From: an uncultured virus (IMG/VR IMGVR_UViG_3300036398_005010)
Taxonomy: Duplodnaviria; Heunggongvirae; Uroviricota; Caudoviricetes
Reading direction: 5' to 3' (one strand)
IMG/VR virus record: IMGVR_UViG_3300036398_005010
Length of the DNA: 64,000 bases
Positions 45,728 through 51,760 of the stretch are shown here, piece after piece. The notes under the pieces are model-generated. The model was not told where the DNA came from and made no database searches. It worked only from the letters and a program-made list of their open reading frames with translations. The translations under genes and the position numbers were made by a program. Within the stretch, counting starts at the first letter, position 1; every line of letters begins with the position of its first letter.

Positions 45728-45835
45728 GAGAGTGGAGACAGAGAGGGTGAACAGTGGGCCTCTCAACAGGCGATGTGCACTGCTGAGAGGCCTCAATCAA
45801 CAGACCTAGAATCCAGAAATCGAGACAGGGCAACC

Positions 45836-46336
45836 ATGCTGCGGCAGTTCCGGGACAACTTCATGAGCGCGGCACGGGGCGGCGAGCAGTGGGTGGCTGC
45901 GGAAGCCGCCAAGCGAGCGGCCGCGGACAAGGCTGCTGGCATGGCAGCCAGCCAGGAGTACATGATGAGCAGGCCGGCCGAGACGGTGGCCGGACGAGTT
46001 GCCAGCCAGTTCGGCAAAGGCGAGAAGTGGCGGGATCAGATGGTGAGGAACCTGAGCGATCCGGGCAGAAGGTCCAGGATTGCGGCTGCTCTTGCCCCGC
46101 AGCTCAATCGGGGGCCCTTCCAGTTGACGAAACGCGGGTTTGGGGAGGCCATGAACCAGGGGATCGCCGAGAACAAGTACATCCGCCGGGGGCTGCTGCC
46201 GACCGCGATTGGCGGTGGCGGCCTGATGGCCGGCGCTGCTGTGACGACTGGCGCTCAGAACCTGATGGCTCTGATGCAGTACATGCAGGCCGGCGATCAG
46301 CAGCAGGAGCGGGTGGAACAGAGCCCGCTGGCCTGA
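45836..46336 (+). CDS. hypothetical protein (putative virion-internal type)
   Basis: After CCTAGAATC; Gly/Ala/Gln-rich C-terminus. Confidence 0.7.
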   Translation: MLRQFRDNFMSAARGGEQWVAAEAAKRAAADKAAGMAASQEYMMSRPAETVAGRVASQFGKGEKWRDQMVRNLSDPGRRSRIAAALAPQLNRGPFQLTKRGFGEAMNQGIAENKYIRRGLLPTAIGGGGLMAGAAVTTGAQNLMALMQYMQAGDQQQERVEQSPLA

Positions 46337-46340
46337 GCGG

Positions 46341-46571
46341 ATGGATAGCCGCTTCGCGGGCGATGAGGTGTCCCTGGGCCTCCTGATGGAGGAGGAGCTG
46401 ATTCGTGCTGCGCAGTTGGAGATGATCGCGCTGTTCACGCTCCAGCAGGAGCAGGAGCGGATGCGCGAGATCATGCGTCTGCGCAGCGACAAGCTGACAG
46501 GGACGTCGGCTGCGGGGTTAATGCGTGGGGCGTGGGTGAGTGGGGCAGAGGGAGTGGAGGGCTATGCCTAA
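46341..46571 (+). CDS. hypothetical protein, N-terminus MDSRFAGD
   Basis: Coupled to 45836. Confidence 0.6.
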   Translation: MDSRFAGDEVSLGLLMEEELIRAAQLEMIALFTLQQEQERMREIMRLRSDKLTGTSAAGLMRGAWVSGAEGVEGYA

Positions 46572-46834
46572 AAGGCGTCATAGGCGGAGGGGATTGGGTT
46601 GTCGCAGTGAGAGCACCGCAGGGTGGCGTCCTCCCAGTTGATGGTGGCTGCCACCACGCACCAGCCGTCGGTGCCGGTGGTGGTGGCAATGAGCTTGCGT
46701 TCGCTCTTGCAGCAGTCGCTGCAGAGTGGCTGGCCGTCGTTGGTGATGGCGTACCTGGGGTAAAGCCCAGGGAAACTGATCGGCTCGCGGACCAGGGAAT
46801 CCGCCAGCCGGAGGGAGCGGGATTGAGTGGTCAT
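46568..46834 (-). CDS. small Zn-binding phage protein
   Basis: FPGLYP..DG..LC.DC...NWED..L.C.HC...I.SAY. Confidence 0.75.
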   Translation of the reverse strand: MTTQSRSLRLADSLVREPISFPGLYPRYAITNDGQPLCSDCCKSERKLIATTTGTDGWCVVAATINWEDATLRCSHCDNPIPSAYDAF

Positions 46835-47472
46835 GCCTCTTGGTGGGCGATGGATGCCAGCCAGGGGATGACGTCGAGCTTGCTGTCGTAGAAGTGGTTT
46901 GCGGCCTCCGTGCCGAGAAGCAGGAGCCCGGCGAGGTGGGAACCATGCAGCTTCTCGAGGATCTCGCCTACAGGTCCCGCCTGTTGGATCGCCCATCCTG
47001 CGAGGCAGTGGGTGGTTCCGCATTTGCTGTGCCAGTTGGTCATGTCCAGGTGGTCAGGCTGATCCAGGACCTGCTGGGCGACTGCCTTGAGTCGCTCCTG
47101 TGAGTCGGAGGCGATAGGCAGTCCTACGGCGCCGTTCAGGTTGGCGCCGCCCAGGTTGGCGTCGTTCAGGCTGGCGCCGCGCAGGTTGGCGTCGCGCAGG
47201 TTGGCGTCGCGCAGGTCGGCGCCGCCCAGGTTGGCGTCGTTCAGGCTGGCGCCGCGCAGGTTGGCGCCGTTCAGGTAGGCGTCGCGCAGGTCGGCGCCGC
47301 GCAGGTTGGCGTCGCGCAGGTTGGCGTCGCGCAGGTCGGCGCCGCCCAGGTTGGCGTCGTTCAGGCTGGCGCCGCGCAGGTCGGCGCCGCGCAGGTTGGC
47401 GCGCTTACCGCCGGGATGGGTCCTCAGCCAGAGGGCGTGAAGGCGCAGGGTTTCAGGAAGATCGACTGGCAT
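46831..47472 (-). CDS. pentapeptide repeat protein
   Basis: A(N/D/S)L(R/G/N)(G/D) repeats, 15-bp periodicity ~47130-47400; C-terminal MTNWH..CGTTHCLAGWA. Confidence 0.95.
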   Translation of the reverse strand: MPVDLPETLRLHALWLRTHPGGKRANLRGADLRGASLNDANLGGADLRDANLRDANLRGADLRDAYLNGANLRGASLNDANLGGADLRDANLRDANLRGASLNDANLGGANLNGAVGLPIASDSQERLKAVAQQVLDQPDHLDMTNWHSKCGTTHCLAGWAIQQAGPVGEILEKLHGSHLAGLLLLGTEAANHFYDSKLDVIPWLASIAHQEA

Positions 47473-47495
47473 GACAAGAGGGGTGGGTGGGGTGG

Positions 47496-47723
47496 TCAGA
47501 GGGCACCGGCCTCCAGGGCAGCGAGCAGCTCGCGCTCCTGGTCGTCGGCGATGGCCGTCAGGACGGCGACCTGTGATGGGGTGAGGTCCCGCTCCCGGAT
47601 GGTAACGAAGGTCGTCCCCGGGAACAGGGGCCGCAGCTGCTGCACCAGGCGCTCCACCTGGCGGGCGGAGGCGCGGACGCAGATGCCCGGGTCTGCTGGG
47701 GATTGGTAGATGTCGAGGAACAT
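47496..47723 (-). CDS. hypothetical protein
   Basis: TGATG coupling. Confidence 0.6.
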   Translation of the reverse strand: MFLDIYQSPADPGICVRASARQVERLVQQLRPLFPGTTFVTIRERDLTPSQVAVLTAIADDQERELLAALEAGAL

Positions 47724-48040
47724 CAGGAGTGAGCGAGAGGACGGTTGGCGGCCATCTCGAGGAGGACGGCCTTGGGGAGATTGCGGCGGGTGCCGACGAT
47801 CTCCTGGAGCTGCCGACGCGTGAGCGCCGAGAGGTCTTCCGCAGAGACGGAGAGTTCGCCTGCTGTGGCAGGCGGGGGTAGAGGTGGATCAGCCGCCGGC
47901 GCGAGCAGCCGGGGCTGGGGAGTGGTCTTGGGAGCGAGGATGAGTTCCCTGGCGATGAAGATCGCCACGGGGGTGAGCCTGCGGGCGACAGCCAGGGTGA
48001 CGGCTGCTGCCCACAGGCAGGCGTTCAGGAAGAGGCGCAT
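47723..48040 (-). CDS. membrane-anchored protein with SAP-like C-terminus
   Basis: Hydrophobic N-terminus; LSALTRRQLQEIVG...K..L. Confidence 0.55.
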   Translation of the reverse strand: MRLFLNACLWAAAVTLAVARRLTPVAIFIARELILAPKTTPQPRLLAPAADPPLPPPATAGELSVSAEDLSALTRRQLQEIVGTRRNLPKAVLLEMAANRPLAHS

Positions 48041-48216
48041 CAGCGTCGGCAGGGGGGACGGAGGACGGACCAGGCAGCGCACTGGGGCACCGGATTACCG
48101 GATGCCCTGGCTGCCAGGTCCTTGATGTCGTTGCCGGTAGCCGGGACAAGGAAGCCGGCGGCAACGAGGATCACCAGCAGCTGGGCTGTGGTGATGGTGC
48201 GTTGGATGGTTTGCAT
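48040..48216 (-). CDS. small membrane/secreted protein
   Basis: Hydrophobic N-terminus, coupled. Confidence 0.55.
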   Translation of the reverse strand: MQTIQRTITTAQLLVILVAAGFLVPATGNDIKDLAARASGNPVPQCAAWSVLRPPCRR

Positions 48217-48275
48217 GAGAGGAAGCCCCACCCGGGCGGGCGGGGCAGAGAGGACGGACGGAGATGGAGCGCGAC

Positions 48276-48977
48276 TCAGAAGGGCACTTCCTCGTCGGTG
48301 GGCTCGCCGTAGCCGGCGGCAACCGGGGCGCTTGCCGCAGCTTGCACCGGCTGGGCCGGCGCGTCAAGCCGCGGCAGGGGCTTGAAGTGGCTGAGCATCC
48401 ACTCGGAGCGAGGTTCTCCGATGCGGAAGAGCTTCTCGCCGTTGTCGCCCGTGAGGGCGGTCTCGTAGACGGGGGTGCCGTCTTCGAGGTGGCCGACCAG
48501 GGCGCCGCGGACTTGCGCCCGGGGCGAGAAACCACGCTCCGTGAGTTCGTTGCGCGTGCAGTGCTCGGGGAGCCGGGGCTTTTCATAGGCGCCGATGCGG
48601 ACCAGGCGCACGTCGGAGCCGCTTTCGTAGTGGTCACGGATGCGCTCAGCGAGTTCGCCGATCGCGGTGAACCACTTGCGGGCTCCGTAAACGCGCTGGC
48701 CGGTGCGCCTGTCCAGGGAGCTGTACTGGGTGGCGATCTCGAGGATTAGGGTCTTGCCGTCGCGGCTCCAGCGCATGGTGTCCCGATCGAAGGACGGGCA
48801 GTCGCGCTGGATCCAGACGGTTTGCTCCAGCTGGTCGCGGCGCTCGGGCTCCTGGGCCTCGGAGGCCTGGGCTTCGAGCTGCTGCTCCAGGTCGTTGTTG
48901 CGACCTTGGGCGACAGCCAGGGCTGCCTGCAGCTCGGCGATGCGGGCTTCCAGCTGGGTCTTGGTGATGGTGGGCAT
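48276..48977 (-). CDS. SSB-like OB-fold protein with N-terminal coiled coil and inserted module
   Basis: KWFTAIGELAERI....G..VRIGAY and acidic tail DEEVPF. Confidence 0.6.
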   Translation of the reverse strand: MPTITKTQLEARIAELQAALAVAQGRNNDLEQQLEAQASEAQEPERRDQLEQTVWIQRDCPSFDRDTMRWSRDGKTLILEIATQYSSLDRRTGQRVYGARKWFTAIGELAERIRDHYESGSDVRLVRIGAYEKPRLPEHCTRNELTERGFSPRAQVRGALVGHLEDGTPVYETALTGDNGEKLFRIGEPRSEWMLSHFKPLPRLDAPAQPVQAAASAPVAAGYGEPTDEEVPF

Positions 48978-49121
48978 TGAGAGGACCCGGTGGTGTTCCG
49001 GGGTGAGAAGGACGTTGAGCCGCACAACAGGGCGTGTGCACTGCTGAGCGAGCTCACGAAGAAAAGCCCCACCCCAGGGATCCGGGGTGGGGCGTGAAGG
49101 GGGTGCCAGATGTGGCGTTGG

Positions 49122-49571
49122 TCAGAAAGGTACTGGGTCGCCTGGGGTGGACGATGGACGCTTGAGATGCGAATAGCCGGGGCCCATGTGGTGATAGCCG
49201 TCCCAGTCGGAATCGGATCCAGGGCGAAGGTAATACTGCCTGAGATTTCCATAGGGCTCAGGCAGTCCGTTAGACCAAGTCTGAAGGGACGGAATGTAGG
49301 GAGCTCGGCTTTCGGGAGAGTAGCGAGCGGCGAGCTGGTCGCGCTCGACCATTTCCTGCCAGGCGAGGGCGGCAGCCTGGGGACTGTCCCAGACCACGGG
49401 GACTAGGTTCTCGTCGAGATAGCCGCTTGGGGTGTTAGGCGGCAGGGACTTTGCTCGCCTGAGATGAGCGTTTAAGATGGCATCGACCTGGTCTTGACGC
49501 AGGGGCTGCCTAATAGGAAGATGTGGGGATCTTCCTGGCAACTGAAGGAGGTATTGGGGGTTTCTCAGCAT
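49122..49571 (-). CDS. hypothetical cassette gene, lower GC, ends VPF
   Basis: Bounded by two 53-bp repeats; CCTAGCCT upstream. Confidence 0.65.
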   Translation of the reverse strand: MLRNPQYLLQLPGRSPHLPIRQPLRQDQVDAILNAHLRRAKSLPPNTPSGYLDENLVPVVWDSPQAAALAWQEMVERDQLAARYSPESRAPYIPSLQTWSNGLPEPYGNLRQYYLRPGSDSDWDGYHHMGPGYSHLKRPSSTPGDPVPF

Positions 49572-49657
49572 TTGAATGAGTCGACTGTCTACAGGCTAGG
49601 CAGAAGCCCCACCCCAGGGATCCGGGGCGGGGCGTGAAGGGGGTGCCAGATGTGGCA

Positions 49658-49936
49658 CTAGGCCGCGATGGTCTCCAGCTGACGCCGGAGATCGCGGATG
49701 AGGGGACGGTTGGCGCCAATGATGGCGGTGGCCTGGCTGAGGCAGGCCTGGTCGACCGGGCTGATGCCGCGGCCGTCCTGGAGGTGCTCCAGGGCCTCGA
49801 GGACCCCGGAGCGAACGAGCTCCAGGGAGTAGTTGATCTGGCCGCTGAGAACGCGGCCGTCTGAGGCGGTGCGCACGTTGGCGCGGGCCAGCAGGCGGAG
49901 CTGCTGGGACATGTCGTAGATGGCAGTTTCGCTCAT
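49658..49936 (-). CDS. hypothetical protein
   Basis: Leader element upstream, repeat downstream. Confidence 0.7.
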   Translation of the reverse strand: MSETAIYDMSQQLRLLARANVRTASDGRVLSGQINYSLELVRSGVLEALEHLQDGRGISPVDQACLSQATAIIGANRPLIRDLRRQLETIAA

Positions 49937-50071
49937 CGGAGACAGGGGCGCTGAGCGCCCGGTGAGAGGACGGAGCCGTAGGCAGGTGCTGTGCACTGCT
50001 GAGATGGCTCACTGAAAAAGCCCCACCCCAGGGATCCGGGGCGAGGCGGGAAGGGGGTGCCAGATGTGGCA

Positions 50072-50218
50072 CTAGAAAGGGATTGCGGACTCGAGCCGCT
50101 CATTGATCTGGCGGTCGAGGTCCAGCGCGAGGGCTTGTGCCTCCTCGTGGGCCTGGCGATCGCCGGCCTCGAGGTTGGCATGGGCGAGCCGGCGGGCAAG
50201 GGCCAGCTCGGAGAACAT
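50072..50218 (-). CDS. 48-aa hypothetical protein ending IPF
   Basis: MFSELALARR...ESAIPF. Confidence 0.65.
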   Translation of the reverse strand: MFSELALARRLAHANLEAGDRQAHEEAQALALDLDRQINERLESAIPF

Positions 50219-50301
50219 GGTGTGGAGATCCACGGGACAAGAGCCCGGCTGCCGCCGGGGAGAGAGGACGGGGAAGGGGGTGCCAGATGTGGCACCAGTG
50301 C

Positions 50302-50448
50302 TCACCGGTGGATGAGCGGGTAGAGGGGGTCGAAGAACAGACCCCAGTCGCCGTGGGCCATACCCAGGCGGATGGTGAAGCCGAGCAGGCAGCAGCCCGC
50401 CAGGTAGACGGCGGGGCGGCGCTCGGCGAAGGAGACGATGCTGCGCAT
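50302..50448 (-). CDS. 48-aa membrane peptide
   Basis: MRSIVSF...AVYLAGCCLLGFTIRLG. Confidence 0.6.
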   Translation of the reverse strand: MRSIVSFAERRPAVYLAGCCLLGFTIRLGMAHGDWGLFFDPLYPLIHR

Positions 50449-50576
50449 CGGAGTAGCCCGGCTGCCGCCGGGGCGAAGGGTCGTGTGAGCCGGAGTCAGG
50501 TGCTGTGCACTGCTGAGGAGGCTCACGAGAAGAGCCCCGCACGGATCGCTCCGGCGGGGCAGAAGGAGAGGAAGAG

Positions 50577-50942
50577 TCAGACCTTGGCGATGGTTCCATT
50601 GGAGAACCGGTAGCGGGTCATCTCGGCGTTGCGGGCATAGCCGCGCGCCTCGAACTCGTGGCCTTCGGCCATTGTGAGGACGATCGACGCGGCGGTACCG
50701 CGCCGGTTGAACTGGATGTCCTCCTTGAGTGGAGGAAAGCCGGGAAACCGGCGGTAGTGCGTCTTGTGAGGTTGGCCGGTGCCGCACTTGCCGACGGCGG
50801 AGCCCACCTTGAAGACAAGGCGGTTGCCGATGAGGTAGGAGATCCCACCGGCGACGCGGACTTCCTGCGCACCGGCAGGGATGCTGATAGCGGGCACCCC
50901 CGAGACCTGGAAGGTGCGGGGAGTGGAGATCGTGATAGCCAT
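50577..50942 (-). CDS. hypothetical protein, first gene of the early array
   Basis: ATG 16 nt after leader element; followed by terminator-like hairpin 50534-50560. Confidence 0.7.
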   Translation of the reverse strand: MAITISTPRTFQVSGVPAISIPAGAQEVRVAGGISYLIGNRLVFKVGSAVGKCGTGQPHKTHYRRFPGFPPLKEDIQFNRRGTAASIVLTMAEGHEFEARGYARNAEMTRYRFSNGTIAKV

Positions 50943-50979
50943 GAAACGAAGCAGCGCGTGTGCACTGCTGAGGAGGTTC

Positions 50980-51760
50980 ATTGGTGGATGATGTACTGTG
51001 GATTGATCTCAATCGCAAGCGATAGCGAGTGATCAAACCGTACGCCCCCGCTGACGCGAACGCGAGGAGTGTAGGGCGTTATGCGTCGCGTGGATATGAG
51101 GCGTGATGCTATTGATGTTAGGGGTGAAAGCGGTTGCGGCGCAGGGGTTGTGGCTTGTGTGCGCGTATGCTGCGCGTGAGGGTAGGGTATAAGGAACTAG
51201 GGAAAAGATAGGGGTTGTAGCGTGGGATTATATCGCGATGAATAGGGGCGCGTGTCGCGGATTATCGCGAACAATCGCGTGGTGTTGAGGAGTGAGTGCG
51301 CTTGAGCGGCGGCCGCGGCCGATGATCATCGGCTGTTGAGCAGCTGCTGCTGCAGCGTCGCTGATGTTGCGCGCGTGATTACACTTGCTGCGCTCGTGAT
51401 TACGCTTGCTGCGCGTGTCGCTGCTGCTGCTTCTGCTCGCGTGTTAAACAATCGTCGCTGAAGATTGCTGCTGCTCTCGCTTGCTGCTATCGCATCTCGC
51501 GCTCGCTTCGCTCTTACATCGCGGCGCATCCCCTTCAGTCTCCAATTCTTTTTTTGTTTGCCCGCCTTCCAAGCGCGTAGGGGGTATTTGACGACTGCCG
51601 CGCGCCGCAAAAAATTTTGCCGGTTATATAGGGGCCGTTTGCTTCGGATCTTTGATTCATGGGGCGAAAACGCCCATCCACGTGCATGAAAGCCCTGGAA
51701 ATCGGCGCCGATAGACTGATCTGACAGCAAAACCAGCGCGGGTTCGGCCTCGCCACGCAG
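50980..51760. other. largely non-coding strand-switch region; candidate genome end / packaging site
   Basis: Divergence point of gene orientation; strong dinucleotide bias, palindromes at 51310-51321 and 51318-51333, 21-bp tandem repeat ~51372-51417, A/T tracts. Confidence 0.5.

Larger units (their letters stand above)
49064..50295 (-). repeat. 53-bp hairpin plus terminator repeat: 49064-49116, 49604-49656, 50018-50070, partial 50273-50295
   Basis: Minus strand GCCACATCTGGCACCCCCTTC..GCCCCRCCCCGGATCCCTGGGGTGGGGCTT; GC stem followed by T-rich tract, directly after stop codons. Confidence 0.9.
36634..50972 (-). promoter_or_regulatory. seven exact copies of CTCAGCAGTGCACA leader element upstream of early genes
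   Basis: Plus-strand TGTGCACTGCTGAG at 36634, 43035, 45774, 49035, 49990, 50504, 50959; each 16-57 nt upstream of a minus-strand ATG. Confidence 0.9.

Noticed and set aside
47130..47400. 15-bp minisatellite as a separate repeat element
   Set aside because: Fully explained by pentapeptide-repeat coding.
49064..50295. CRISPR array or IS terminal repeats
   Set aside because: Direct repeats with terminator structure separated by genes; no transposase seen.
31391..50985. Classical integron (attC sites with IntI)
   Set aside because: No tyrosine recombinase in the window, and the repeats lack RYYYAAC/GTTRRRY cores.
51326..51529. Confident CDS in the GG/CC-free stretch
   Set aside because: An open frame exists (MRRDVRAKR...), but the composition is atypical and repetitive, so it cannot be distinguished from non-coding DNA.
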